The notes beneath the pieces are model-generated. The model searched no databases. It saw only the letters and a program-made list of their open reading frames with translations, and had not been told where the DNA came from. A program made the translations under genes and the position numbers. Source: Squalus acanthias (taxonomy: Eukaryota). Taken from it: a stretch of DNA of 64,000 bases. Below are positions 35,306 to 48,093 of the stretch, one piece after another (position 1 is the first letter of the stretch; the number at the start of each line of letters is the position of its first letter). The stretch is from contig CM059431.1 of the NCBI GenBank assembly GCA_030390025.1, positions 124,932,001 through 124,996,000 of the forward strand. Direction: 5' to 3'.

Positions 35306-37426
35306 GCGCAGTGGAAGTGTTTGCGTGGAGGCTACATATACCACTCCACGAACATCAGTGAATGAATGCTAAACATGCAGTGTCCATTTCAACACCTCCA
35401 GGCATGTTTAAATCATGGCAATTACCGATTAGCACCAAAATTGAGGGCTGAAACCAGACTTTTAAACAGGCGCATCTTATTAGCACAGCACCCATCTAGC
35501 GCCTGTTTTCACCCTTTCCCCCAAATAACCCCCTTGGCCTTTTTTGGAGCTGCCTTGAGGAAAGCAAAATGATTTAAATTGGCTTTCCCCATCCTTTGTT
35601 AACTGCTAGGACAAGCTTGGGATGTGTTGTTGATTGAAGTCACTGCTAGAAAATTCAGTCTGAGCCACATAAATGATTCAACTACCTTGGGAGTAGCAAT
35701 GTTGAGCCTGTTTCCTCTGCTTGTTTCTGAAAGGAGACTAGCTACAACATTGAATAATGAATTCCTTGAGACCTAAGGAAGAGGCAAATCTTTTGTGACA
35801 CCTGAGTAAGTCACGAGAAATATTTAAGTGACCGGGATTCCTATTACCCTGCCAAGTGACTCCATCTTTGCAGCTCCTCCAGAACTCTTTAGTAACTTAA
35901 GTGCCAGCACTCGCGAATGGTTCCCCTCATGGAACTTTCTGCTCGGTATGTTCAGTGGCTAGCAGTGGTCTTCAAGCCTCAATGATTAAAACAAATTCCA
36001 CAAAGACAATGGCAACTTGTCCCTCTACCAATTTGGCATCATAAAGATGCATAGATTGTTGTATCAGGACCAGTTGCTCAGATCACCAAGGTGGGTGAGC
36101 AAACTTTCTCCTTTGATTGTTTAAGCTTTACTTTAGACTGCATTGCATGATTCTTGAGCTTTGTGATTCTTTATTGCATCCAATGAATTACAGAATGCCT
36201 TGCCAAGTATTTTGAATGATGCCACTGTGGGTCTCGGTAACATCAGCCAGGATTTTAAATCGTCTGTCAGCTCAGTTTAGCATTTGTTAGTTTCTGCCAA
36301 AATATAGTGCAAATTTGCATTTTGGGAATCTTTAACCACCCATAGAGCCAAGTGGGATGATGGGAGGTGGGGAAACTTTGCAAGCTGCTTTGTAAGATGG
36401 TGGAATCTTGTCATGGTACATGTTCCTTGTAGTTGGTTTGCTGACAAAACAGTAGCAGCTTGTGATAATTATGTGGAGATAATAGAAGAGACATTTTCAA
36501 TGGGTACAAAATGTGTAGTAATGGATTGGGTTTAATGGGATTAGGTTTGAAATTATGGAGCCCCAGTAAACACTATTGGCATGTATGATGATATCAAAAA
36601 TTTCTTGCTTTTAAATCACGCTATTATATTTTTATTTATAATCATATTTAACATTACACAATGATTACATTTTTTTGAATGACTTATGTCTTCAACAACT
36701 GAAGCATATCTATACAAGAAGGTAGAAATAGGTTCACAGTTCCGCCACCGGCTGACAGCAACAAACACTCCTCGAGCAATTTAGCTAAGCTAGGTGCAAA
36801 GTCAAGCCCCCTTTACTCTGTTCTAACCGTATGATTTCATGCAGCCTCCGAGAAAGTATCCACTTTACCTCACGAGTTTGAATTTTGCAGTATCCTGTAG
36901 CCGTCATTTTTATGGTCAGTTTAAGTGAGATTGACCATTTAATGCCAATTTTACTGAATTGTGGGCAATTTGTGCTGGCATATAGAATAAGGGACCAAGT
37001 GCAAAAAGATTGCAAAAATTTAGATGAGACTGGCATCATTCAGCCACACTATAGCAACAGCTAAGAAGACGAGTTCCTTTGGTAAAATGTGCGTGCAATC
37101 CAGTCCCAACTGGATATATTCCATTCTACAGACTAATTCCTACTACAGTGTCGTTTGGACAATCTAATCCTGTAAATTGTCTCTCTGTTTGATTGTTCAT
37201 CTACAACTTTGTAATCCAGAACCCTTCTCCCTCCTTCTCACAATACTTTGCGTAACCTTGCAACTTTAAATGTAGGCCCTCTTCAAGTACAAATATGACT
37301 AATGGAATTATTATGTAGTTTCAGCACCAACCACAATACAGCAGCTGTCCCTCAGTGTACGCAAGTACGGAATATTCTGTCTTTCCTTTAAGTGGGAGGA
37401 GATCAAGAAACATCCAAAAACCTAAT

Positions 37427-38169
37427 GGCCCAAAAATTCATGAGTGAGCCTTCGTGCGAGGGTATGGCCTTCCCGCGATCTCTCACTGCGCGCTGGCTTT
37501 TTCAGTCCGAGCTCGCACGAACTTGATGTTCTGGACAGCAGCTGTGCAGGGCTTTCGTATCCCACAGGCGTAGTTAATTCGTGCGAGCTGTGGGATCACG
37601 TGACTCAGTTAGAGCCAATGGCAGCACACCATCTTTCATTCATAGCTTTCACAGCACGGCTGTGAAAGCTATGAATACTATACCCCCCCAAAAGAACAGC
37701 TAAACCTCAATTAAATTAAAAAAAAAACCATCACATTAATAAAATAAGTATAGTTAAATAAATTAACCATTTTAAACAAAAAATTAAATTTTTGAAAAAA
37801 TTTAAAATCTTTTAAAAAGTTATAAAAATAAACTTACCTGTCTTTAAAGTCTCTAAAAAAGATATACCTGTTAAAAAAAATTGAAAATAATACTTAATTA
37901 AGTACTTACCTTGTTAAAAGAGGGTCTTACGCCTCCTTTCTTTATGTCTAAAATCTTCCATGCTTACCTGCGCGTCCAAAGCACTAAGTGCACTGCGTGC
38001 ACGCAGCCTGTAGCACGCACGCGGTTCACCTAGGAACTGCCCCCTTTTGAATTCACCAAGTGCCGGTTTTCAGCGCATGTGCAGTGCATGCAGAAAACCA
38101 GCAATTGGAGACAGAATACGCGAGAGTACACAGTGCGTACTCTCGCGTAGCGGCACTAATTTTTGGGCC
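37427..38169. mobile_element. Harbinger MITE
   Basis: TIR GGCCCAAAAATT / AATTTTTGGGCC, AAT TSD, AT-rich core. Confidence 0.88.
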
Positions 38170-38304
38170 AATATTAGCACTTTATCCTTGTACTATATTA
38201 ACACACAAAGGCCTAGGCTTTTCACTTTGCCATTGGGTCAAAAAGTTATGGGTGCAAAATTCACTCCAGGAGGTGAGCATGTAATCTAAACTGACACTTC
38301 TGTA

Positions 38305-38612
38305 CAGGACTGAGTGAGTGCTACATTGTCAACGATGCTGTCTTTTGCATGAGACTTTAAATCGAGGCCCTGTCGGCCTGTTCAGGTCGATGTAAAGGAT
38401 CCCATGGCAGGAAGAGCCAGAGAGGTGCCCGAGCAAACATTAATCCCTTAAACAACACCTCTTAAAGTACATTACCATGTCATTTATCTCATTGTTTGAA
38501 CAAATTGGCTGCAATGTGCTAAAATACAAACGTGACTACACTGCAATAATAATTCTTTGGCTATGATGTGCTTTGGGAATTCCTGAGGATGTGAAAGGTC
38601 AATATAAATAAA
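38305..38612 (+). mobile_element. DeuSINE (SacSINE1-like) fragment
   Basis: ATGAGACTTTAAATCGAGGCCCTGTC..CAGGTCGATGTAAAGGATCCCATGGCA Deu-domain-like sequence and an L2-like 3' tail (..TATAAAT). Confidence 0.75.
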
Positions 38613-38614
38613 AG

Positions 38615-38740
38615 GAGAAATTGGAAGGGCTATAGGGGAAGAGCAGGGGATTAGGACTAAATGGATAGCTCTATTAAAGAGCGGCAGAGGTACGATGGGA
38701 TGAATGGCCTCTTTCTGTGCTGTATGCATCTATGATTCTA
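38615..38740 (+). mobile_element. CR1 3' end fragment
   Basis: GGCTATAGGGGAAGAGCAGGG...GAATGGCCTCTTTCTGTGCTGT..TCTATGATTCTA. Confidence 0.75.
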
Positions 38741-39848
38741 AATGTAAATTCTTTTTTCCTTTGTGGAGAGAGCATTCATCAGGCCCCTTACCCCTTCCCC
38801 ACTGTGAGGACACGCTCAAGACTCTGGGGAGACCTAAGGAACAGGCAGTCAGAGATGGAGAAGTAGGAGGATTCATGGTAGTTGATGGTTAATCACCCAG
38901 TTGCAAAGTATCAGTCCTGGACATCACCAAGACCACAAACTTTGAAAAGCCCTTTACCTACAACTGGATTAAACCTCTTCAGCAACATGGTTATAGAATT
39001 ACCTAGCGCTCGATGTCAGGATGAGGGAGTCATGGAAGAAGAGGAGACTGTGGTTGTTGAACGAAGGGTCCGGTGATGCCTTCCCAGCTTGAGGAGTCAG
39101 TGAATCCTGATTTTGATAGCCCTGTATTTAAATGAAGGATGCAAGCAGAGCTTTAAACCTTTTAGGAAGCTCTGTGTTCAGCCTCCCATTAAGTGCAGCA
39201 ACTGTCAGGGCAGGTAAACAAATCCACTACTGATTTTTGGTCTGAAATAAGGGAAGGCTTTCAATCACTACAATGTAGCCATTGCAAGAAGGACTGCAGA
39301 CTATGTCCCTACAAAAGATGCTCCTGGGATAGATGTTGATTGCTGTCTGGGCTCTAACCTTAGGCAACCAAGGGGTTTCTTGTTGATTTAAGACAGAATA
39401 GAGAGTACATTTGACCATGGCTGAACTGACATCTCTCAGTGCCCTCAGTGATCTCATAGATGCAATGTCAGGAGCGAGTGGAAAGGAAGCAAGGTCCAGG
39501 GGTGAGACCTCTGTCTGCCTGGATAGCAGGAGACCCAAGAGTATAATCCTGTTCTTTCAAGGGTTATTATTACAAATTCAGGTTTGCCGTAGATACCTTT
39601 TCAGGTTCAGTGACATCAGCTGCTCCTGTAAGCAATCTGAGTGACTTATTTTTATGGGAGCTCACTCATACAGCTCTATATCTACTTCTACAATAGCATA
39701 ATCTGGGAGTGTGAAATTTGTACCCTCCTGTTACCTGAACTGGATATTCATGTCTTTCTCATGCGCACTTTTTCAATCTCTCTGCAGGCAGACTGAGCAG
39801 ACGCTTAGTGTAAGATTCTAAAAAAATGTAATAAAACCGATGCTACCA

Positions 39849-40768
39849 TGTGGAGATCGGAATTATGAAATGGTAAAGGAGGAACTCAAAATGTAGGAAG
39901 TCAGCATGTGTTCCTTTGTCTGTGAGGACACAAAATGGAGGAAGTCAGCAGGTGGTCCTTTGTTTGTGAAGACACAAAATGGAGGAAGTCAACATGTGTT
40001 CCTTTGTCTGTGAGGATACAAAATGGAGGAAGTCAGCAGGTGGTCCTTTGTCTGTGAGGACACAAAATGGAGGAAGTCAGCAGGTGGTCCTTTGCCTGTA
40101 AGGACTCAACATGGTCAGCATATGGTCCTTTGTTTGTGAGACCACATGGACAGGAAGGAGACACACTGGATGAAGAGGAAGTCCCGCCCCCACACACATC
40201 ACAGGAACATGAACGTGTCATGCAGAAGGAACTCCAATCAGGGAAGGTTGGGAGTGAAACTGATCTATCAGAGGGAGGCAGACGAAGAACTATGAGCGGG
40301 GCCAGCAGAAAGGCATTATAAAGGAATGACCCAGAAGTGGGAATTTCAGAAGAAGAAGAAGTGAGAGACAAAGAGGGACAAAGGAAGCGGTTTGACTGGC
40401 CAGTCTACATTTCCAACCTACTACTTTTTCCGGACTGATCACCCAGGGGGAACTGTATGTATGGAAGTCGGACACATTGCATAGATATTGCTAAAGAGTA
40501 CTTTTGTGTACGGTTGACTGTGGGCATATGGAGTGCCGAGCATTAGCATAAATTGTGGAGATGCTTTTATGTACGTTTAGCTAAACTGTGTAGCATATTG
40601 ATTGCGAGGGTGCTTCTATGTACTGCTTGAATAGTGGTTGGGGTTTTGAATCTGTCTTAGGAACAATAAAAGGTTAAAGACAGAACCCGTGTGTCTGGTG
40701 TAATTTCTCATAAGTCTCAAGTCCGAACTCTATAACCTGTTGGACGGGGCGAGGGATAATTCCGCACA
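39849..40768 (+). mobile_element. Probable solo LTR (~920 bp)
   Basis: TG..CA ends with imperfect inverted termini (TGTG..CGGAATTAT / ATAATTCCGCACA), TATAAA at ~40316 and AATAAA at ~40665. No clear TSD. Confidence 0.6.
39888..40150 (+). repeat. 44-bp tandem array (~6 copies) in the putative U3
   Basis: Unit AAAATGGAGGAAGTCAGCAGGTGGTCCTTTGTCTGTGAGGACAC at 39888, 39932, 39976, 40020, 40064, plus a degenerate sixth copy. Confidence 0.92.
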
Positions 40769-40876
40769 TTTTATATTTATATGAAGAGGCTCCATACAAT
40801 GAGCGGCTTTATTTCACAGTAAAGTAAATATACAGAACAGCAGATATGATCAGACTCATTTAACTCAACCCTGATA

Positions 40877-43022
40877 GATTCAGAACAGATCTAGCAGCTC
40901 AAAGCTGGGCATCCATGAGGCGCTGTGGGCCATCAGCAGCAGCAGAATTGTATTCCACCACAATCTGTAACCTCATGGCCCAGCATATTCCTCACTCAAC
41001 CATTACCATCATGCCAGGAGACCAACCCTGGTTCAATAAGGAGTGTAGAAGAGCATGCCAGGAGCAGCACCAGGCATATCTAAAAATGAGGCGCCAACCT
41101 GGGGAAGCTGCAACACAGGACTACAGGCATGCTAAAAAGCGGAAGCAGCATGCTATAGACAGAGCTAAGTGATCCCACCATCAACGGATCAGATCAAAGC
41201 TCTGCAGTCCTGCCACTTCCATTCGTGAATGGTGGTGGACCATTGAACAACTAACGGGAGGAGGAGGCTCCATGAATATCCCCATCCTCAATGATGGTGG
41301 AGCCCAGCACGTGAGTGCAAAAGACAAGACTGAAGCGTTTGCAACCATCTTCAGCCAGAAGTGCCGAGTGGATGATCCATCTCGGCCTCCTCCTGACGTC
41401 CCCACCATCACAGAAGCCAGTCTTCAGCCAATTCGATTCACTCCACGTGATATCAAGAAATAGCTGAGTGCACTGGATACAGCAAAGGCTATGGGCCCTG
41501 ACAACATCCCAGCTATCGTGCTGGAGACTTGTGCTCCAGAACTAGCTGCGCCTCTAGCCAAGCTGTTCCAGTACAGCTACAACACTGGCATCTATCCGAC
41601 AATGTGGAAAACTGCCCAGGTATGTCCTGTCCACAAAAAGCAGGACAAATCCAATCTGGACAATTACCGCCCCAACAGTCTACTCTCAATCATCAGCAAA
41701 GTGATGGAATGTGTCATCAACAGTGCTATCAAGCGGCACTTACTCACCAATAACCTGCTCACTGATGCCCAGTTTGGGTTCCGCCAAGACCACTCTGCTT
41801 CAGACCTCATTACAGCCTTGGTCCAAACATGGACAAAGGAGCTGAATTCCAGAGGTGAGGTGAGAGTGACTGCCCTTGACATCAAGGCAGCATTTGACCG
41901 ATTGTGGCATCAAGGAATCCTAGTAAAACTGAAGTCAATGGGAATCGGGGGGAAAACTGTCCACTGGCTGGAGTCATACCTAGCACAAAGGAAGATGGTT
42001 GTGGTGATTGAAGGTCAATCATCACATTCCCAGGACATCGCTGCAGGAGTTCCTCAGGGCAGTGTCCTAGGCCCAACCATCTTCAGCTGCTTCATCAATG
42101 ACCTTCCCTCCAACATAAAGTCAGAAATGGGGATGGTTGTTGATGAATGCACAGTGTTCAGTGCCATTCACAACTCCACAGATAATGAAGCAGTCCATGC
42201 CCACATGCAACAAGGCCTGGATGACGTTCAGGCTTGGGCTGATAAGTGGCAGGTAACATTCACGCCACAGATGTGCCAGGCAATGACTATCTCCAACAAG
42301 AGAGAGTCTAACCACCTCCCCTTGACATTCAATGGCATTATCATCACCGAATCCCCCACCATCAACATCCTGGGGGTCACCATTGACCAGAAACTTAACT
42401 GGACCAGCCACATAAATACTGTGGCAACAAGAGCAGGTCAGAGGCTAGGTATTCTGCAGCGAGTGTCTCACCTCCTGACTCCCCAAATCCTTTCTACCAT
42501 CTACAAGGCACAAGTCAGGAATGTGATAGAATACTCTCCACCTACCTGGATGGGTGCAGCTCCAACAACACTCAAGAAGCTTGGCACCATCCAGGACAAA
42601 GCAGCCCACTTGATTTGCACCCCATCTACCACCTTAAACATTCACTCCCTCCACCACCGGCATACCATGGCTGCAGTGTGTACCATCTACAAGATGCACT
42701 GCAGCAACTCACCAAGGCTTCTTCGGCAGCACTTCCCAAACCCACGACCTCTTCCACCTAGAAGGACAAGGGCAGCAGGTGCATGGGAACACCACCACCT
42801 CCAAGTTCCCCTCCATGTCACACACCATCCTGACTTAGAAGTATATTGCCGATCCTTCATCGTCGCTGGGTCAAAATCCTGGAACTCCCTACCTAACAGC
42901 ACTGTGGGAGTACCTTCACCACACGGACTGCAGCGGTTCAAGAAGGCGGCTCACCACCAACTTCTCAAGGGCAATTAGGGATGGGCAATAAATACTGGCC
43001 TTACCAGCGACGCCCACATCCC
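40877..43022 (+). mobile_element. CR1-group (Crack/Zenon-like) LINE, 5'-truncated, with a 495-aa open RT segment (41491-42978)
   Basis: GPDNIP, NYRP, QFGFR, ALDIKAAFDRLWH and GVPQGSVLGP motifs; the catalytic motif is degenerate (VVDE). Poly(A) tail. Confidence 0.9.
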
Positions 43023-43423
43023 ATAAAACGAATTAAAAAAAAATAAAACAAAATAATGAACACACCATACTGTCCCACAGCATCGAGCTTGACTTAAAGA
43101 AGATCCTTTCTGAATATTCTCTCTTGCGCTGCAACCTGCTTGCAATCTTTGTGGTCGAACTACCTTGCATCATTCTATTTCAAACACCTTCCTGCCTGCC
43201 TGTGTCTGATGTATATGTGTTTTATTTCTCACTGTGCACAGCCGGAAAAGAGATCGAAGACTTTCCAACACAATGGATGTGAGGTATCTTTCAGTTGCTG
43301 AGACAACTGAACAAATTGCATGTTATTTACAATCATTGAGAAAAAAAAACAATACCAGCTCATTAGCATATTCACTACCTATTGCCTCAGTGTCCATACT
43401 TTTTTAACTGGTGTGGATACATT

Positions 43424-44201
43424 GGGCCATAATTTTCTGTAACAGGGCATCGAATGGCATCTGCTGTTAAATAGATTTACCCTTGCATGTTTAGATTTTT
43501 AAAATTTTTCCTCACTAATTTGCTGAAAGTGCGAGCTGATAATGTCGCAGCGAGGGAAACAGGACATCTGGGACCTGAATGAACAGGGCAAGGAGCTGTG
43601 GATCTCCTTAACCAATCAGATTGAAGGATTATGAAATTTTCAGCGCAAGGACTGAAAAAGAATTTGAAGTTAGAATGGGTGAATTCAATGGTAAATCAGG
43701 TACAGAAAGAGAAATATAAAGAGAGGGAAAGAAAGACTGGATTAAGAGAGAAAGAGAACAAAGAGATAGTAAGGAAAAGTAAAAAAAAATACAATTTTAC
43801 ATTTTTAAAATCTCCAATGCAATTAAAACACAAATGAACGAGATTCCACGCTTGTAACAGTTAATTTTCAGTGCCAGAGAGGTCGACTGGCAGTAATCAA
43901 CACTTTCATGTCATTAAAAGTATACTTAGACTGAAATGGACAAAACTTAGCTTTCTGTGTCGAGTTTTGTTCGTATCTGTTGCGCAAATACAGTAACTTC
44001 ACGCCTTTCAAAGCATTTCAATGGTGAGGCAGACAGCGAGATGCCATTTTCACGAAACTAGTGGTGTCTCATGGATAACAACTTTTGGATTTCTGTGTTT
44101 AACCACACATCTGCCCTCGCTTGAAGTTGCTGTAGCTTCGGTGCATAAATAACGGCAAATGCAATTAGCCTCACCATTATTTTGACGGCAAATTATGGGC
44201 C
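43424..44201. mobile_element. Harbinger-like non-autonomous element
   Basis: TIR GGGCCATAATTT / AAATTATGGGCC; flanks ATT/AAT. Confidence 0.75.
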
Positions 44202-44219
44202 AATATGCTTTTAACAACT

Positions 44220-45572
44220 TCAGTGCAGTATTGAGGGAGTGCTGCACTGAAGAGGTGCTGTCTTTCAAACAAGATGATAAACTGAGGCCCCGTCTGCCGT
44301 CACAGGTGGCATAAAAGATCCCATGACACTATGTAGTATTCCACAGGGATCAGTGCTGGGACCACTGTTGTTCACCATTTACAAAATGATTTAGACTCAG
44401 GAATCAGAAGTACTATTTCAAAATTTGCAGACACCACCAAATCAGGGAGTATAGATAATACAGAGGAAGATTGTGACAAAATACAAGAAGATATTAACAA
44501 ACTTCCAGAATGGGTGTGTAAATGGCAAATTAATTTCAACATCAATAATTGTGAGATGTACATTTTGGTAGGAGGAATAAGGAAGCCACCTACTCCTTTG
44601 GAAAATAAGAGTCTAAATGGGGTAGAGGGGCAAAGGAATCTAGGGGTACAAATACACAAATCATTAGAAGTGGCAAGGCTAACAAAGCCATTCAAAATGC
44701 AAATAAAGCACTGGAGTTCATTTCTAGAGGAATAGAATTCAAAAGCAGAAAAGTTTTGTTAAGCATATATAGAACCTTGGTTGGACCACAGTTCTGGTCT
44801 CCATATTACAAAAAGGATATAGTAGCACTGGTGAAAGTGGGAAAAAGATTTACAAGGATGATACCCGAACTGAGATGGTACAACTGTCAGGAAAGACTGA
44901 ACAGGTTGAGGCTCTTTACTCGAGAAAAGAAAAGACTGAGAGATGACCTGATAGAGATCTTTAAAATTGTGAAGGGGTTTGATAGGGTAAACATACAGAA
45001 GATGTTTCCACTTGTGGGGGAGTCCAAAACTATGGGCCATAAATATAATATAGTTGCTAAGAAATCCAATGAGGAATTCAGGAGAAACTTCTTTACTCAG
45101 GGTGTGGTGAGAATGTGGAACTTGCCATCACATGAAGTGGCTGAGGCGAATAGCATAGATGCATTTAAAGGGAAGCTAGATAAGTGAATGAGGGAGAAAG
45201 AAATAGAAGGATATGGTGATAGAAAGAGATGATGTAACGAGGGAGGAGGCTCGTTTGGAGCATAAACACTGATATAGACCTGTTGGGCCGAATGGCCTGT
45301 TTCTGTGCTGTAAATTCTATGTAGTATTTGAAAAGGAGCAGAGAAGTTCTCGCTGATGTCCTAGACGATATTTATCACTCAACCAACATCAGTAAAACAG
45401 ATTATCTGGTCGATATCTCATTGCTGTTTGTTGGATGCTGCTCTGTGCAATTTGGCTGCCGAATTTCCCTTCATTACAGCAGTGACTGCACTTCAAAAGT
45501 ACTTCTTTTGCTGTAAAGCACTTTGGGGTGTTCTGCGGTCATGAGATGCATTATATAAATGCAGCTTCTTCT
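44220..45572 (+). mobile_element. DeuSINE (SacSINE1-like) split by a CR1 insertion
   Basis: Deu-domain GATAAACTGAGGCCCCGTCTGCC..AAAAGATCCCATGACACTAT stops at ~44340 and resumes after 45328 (GAAAAGGAGCAG..AAAACAGATTATCTGGTC..TATATAAATGCA). Confidence 0.8.
44341..45316 (+). mobile_element. CR1 3' fragment with a 12-bp flanking direct repeat
   Basis: PQGSVLGPLLF, FAD and RLRDDLIEIFKI motifs. CTATGTAGTATT at 44329-44340 and 45317-45328. Confidence 0.9.
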
Positions 45573-47724
45573 ACTTAAAAAAATATTAAAACTACCTTTT
45601 TGTCAAATCCTTTCTGTGGAAAATGATCAAAAAAATCCCAAAATGTAACAATTATCCTCACTTTCACTCAGATGGTAGTCAGGCATCCAGAGATGGGTCA
45701 CAGTTCAGCATGCAGCATTTATATTCAATGAGTTCCTTGGGGAACCAAAGGCTTCCAATGCCTTGCTCCCCAGTGAAACCTCTAAAGCTTCATCACCTTC
45801 AGAATACAAAGTACATGGATGAGATAGTCTCCTCCTAAGAAGTCTGATCCTTGTTCTTTCACTCTGATGCAACACTTTCTCATCCTCCATAGCAGCTAAG
45901 AACAGAATATGTCAAGTGGGGAAAGCAATGCTCTAAGGGCCGATGGGAGCTTTTGGGTGGGTGGGAGAGGGGGGAGAGAAGGGAGATATGGATGATGGAT
46001 GCTCAAAATAACTGCTCCTCTTGACCGAAGAATCCTAGTTAATTCTTTCAGAAATCTGTGAATTAAATAGCAGAACCAAAATACTTACTGCAACATAGCA
46101 ATTAAAGACCTTGGTAAGCACCTCCGCAATTCATTGCTTCCTGCCAATGGGGGAATGGTTGTTTTATACAGGTGAGGGCTGCATTTGGTGCCCAAAATGG
46201 TGGAGGGGAGGGGCAGAGAAATCCCAACAAGTTAGGCCATCATGATGCAGGTGCATCATTTGCATCTTTGCATTTATGAATGAGTGGGTACTTCTAGGAA
46301 ACCATGTTCCAGATGCCAAAAATACAAATACATACACTTGGGTTCTATCCTTGGTGCTGCATGAACCCATGCTCATTTCTGCCTCCTTCTTTTCAACTTA
46401 CCTTTCCGCCCCAGCAGACTCACAGCAGAAAGCGTAGGCCGACATATCAACCATGGTTTCTGCAATCCATTCTAGATAGGGTGATTACTACTACCCTTCA
46501 CTGTCTGGGTTGCATAGTGCCTTTATTCTTTAATGCTTGGAAGTTGTTCAAGCACTTATATTAGGTAAAGCACTGCTGAACTGAATTGGTTACAATGTCT
46601 AGACTCCTTCAGGGCCTTGCCTGGTATTATCAGAATGATATGTGTCCGCTACCTCCATCTTTAAGGTACAAAAGGGAAACAGCCATGATCCCTTGGCAGA
46701 TGGCAATGTTAAGCCAGCCAGTGCATGCCAAAAAAATACATGGCAGTCCTTCAGAGGTGCATATTATAATGCACTACCAGACAGATTGGAACATCTTCAA
46801 CATATATTTTTAATATCCCAACTGTCATCACAATTATAGAACATTTGTTTTGATGCACTTGGTTGTAACTCTCCTCTGCATGTATGTGTCGTTTTTGAAC
46901 AGATGGTATTAGCCATGGTTTCAGTCCATAGACACTGTTGTCCACCAACCAGCTTTGAAGGTGTTAGTTCCTATTGAGTGATGAGTTACAGCAGTATCTA
47001 GGCTAGTCCACAAATGCATTTGTGACATGTTTTATATTGCACTCCACCTATATGCTAATTCAGTGAAATCCTATTCAGCTTCACTAGAGAAGGTAACATA
47101 TGTGCCATCAATTATACTCAAGACCTGTGGGAATATAACAAGATTAGAAAAATATTATTGTGTATGATTTTGCTGCTTCTGATTTTAGAGAAATAGATAT
47201 CGTGAACCTCACTTCACCAAGACAGCTGTGACCTACTGAATACATGCATATGAAAGTTTGCAATAGCACAGGAATTGAGTACTTCTGTCACTGCTGCTAG
47301 CTAGTACTTATTAAAGGATATAATTGTAAATGCATCTGCAAATTGTGACAAGTCAGTATGATATACGTACTGACCCTAACGCACCTGTAACGTTGCTTCA
47401 TGAAAACATGAACATACAGGAACAAGAAAGACCATTCAGTTCGTGCAGCTAAATCTATCTTTTTGCTCTATGTACAGGACGGACTCAGGAAAATGTCACC
47501 TCCTCCTGCCTTTGTGGCAAACTCGTATCCTTCTCTTTCACATTGAGTTTAAAACATGTCCACTTTTCTCCTTCAGTGCTTCAACTGAGTTTGCATTCAC
47601 AGTTGACAATTGTATTCTATAAGGGCAATCTTACAAAATTGCACTCCCGGAATAGAGCCTTGTTTGCCAGAAATACATATCGAGATTCGGCACATGCCCC
47701 AATTCCAGAGATGTGATTCCAGCA

Positions 47725-48093
47725 GGTACCTAATAAAGGTATTCAAAATCATGAGGGGTTTTGATAGAGCAAGTAGGGAGAAACTATTTTCTCTGGAAAG
47801 AACGTCAGTAACCAGAGGTCATAGATTTAAAATAATTGGCAAAAGAACTAGAGGGAAAATGAGGAGAAATATCTTCACACAGAGGCTTGTTAAGATCTGG
47901 AACAAACTACCTGAAAGGGTGGTGGAATCAGATTTCATAGGAAATGAAAAAGGCAATTGAACAGGTATTTGAAGAGGATGAACTTGCAGGGTTATGGGGA
48001 AAAAGATGGGGTGTGGGACTATATTGGACAGCTCTTTCAAATGTCCGGCACAGGCATGATAGACCAAATGGCCTCCTTCTGTGCTAAGATTCT
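47725..48093 (+). mobile_element. CR1 3' fragment
   Basis: LIKVFKIMRGFDR..TRGHRFK..FTQRLVKIWNKLP and a CR1 3' UTR. Confidence 0.88.

Larger units (their letters stand above)
26463..35533. mobile_element. Harbinger element with nested LINEs
   Basis: TIR-like GTGGGTGATTTT / CAAATAACCCCC (TSD not clear). Transposase remnant on + (FVVTCCMLHNM, poly-E, ~27000-27370) converges with a Myb gene on -. Confidence 0.75.

Noticed and set aside
35550..37420. Host gene exons in repeat-poor stretches (also 2750-4280 and 45570-47400)
   Set aside because: No ORF with a recognisable domain or convincing splice-bounded exon. Small exons or conserved non-coding elements cannot be excluded without alignment.
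38780..39650. Ancient minus-strand LINE RT fragment
   Set aside because: Only faint resemblance, with no intact motif to support a call.
39888..40150. CRISPR-like array
   Set aside because: Units are contiguous tandem repeats with no unique spacers, the context is eukaryotic, and there are no cas genes.
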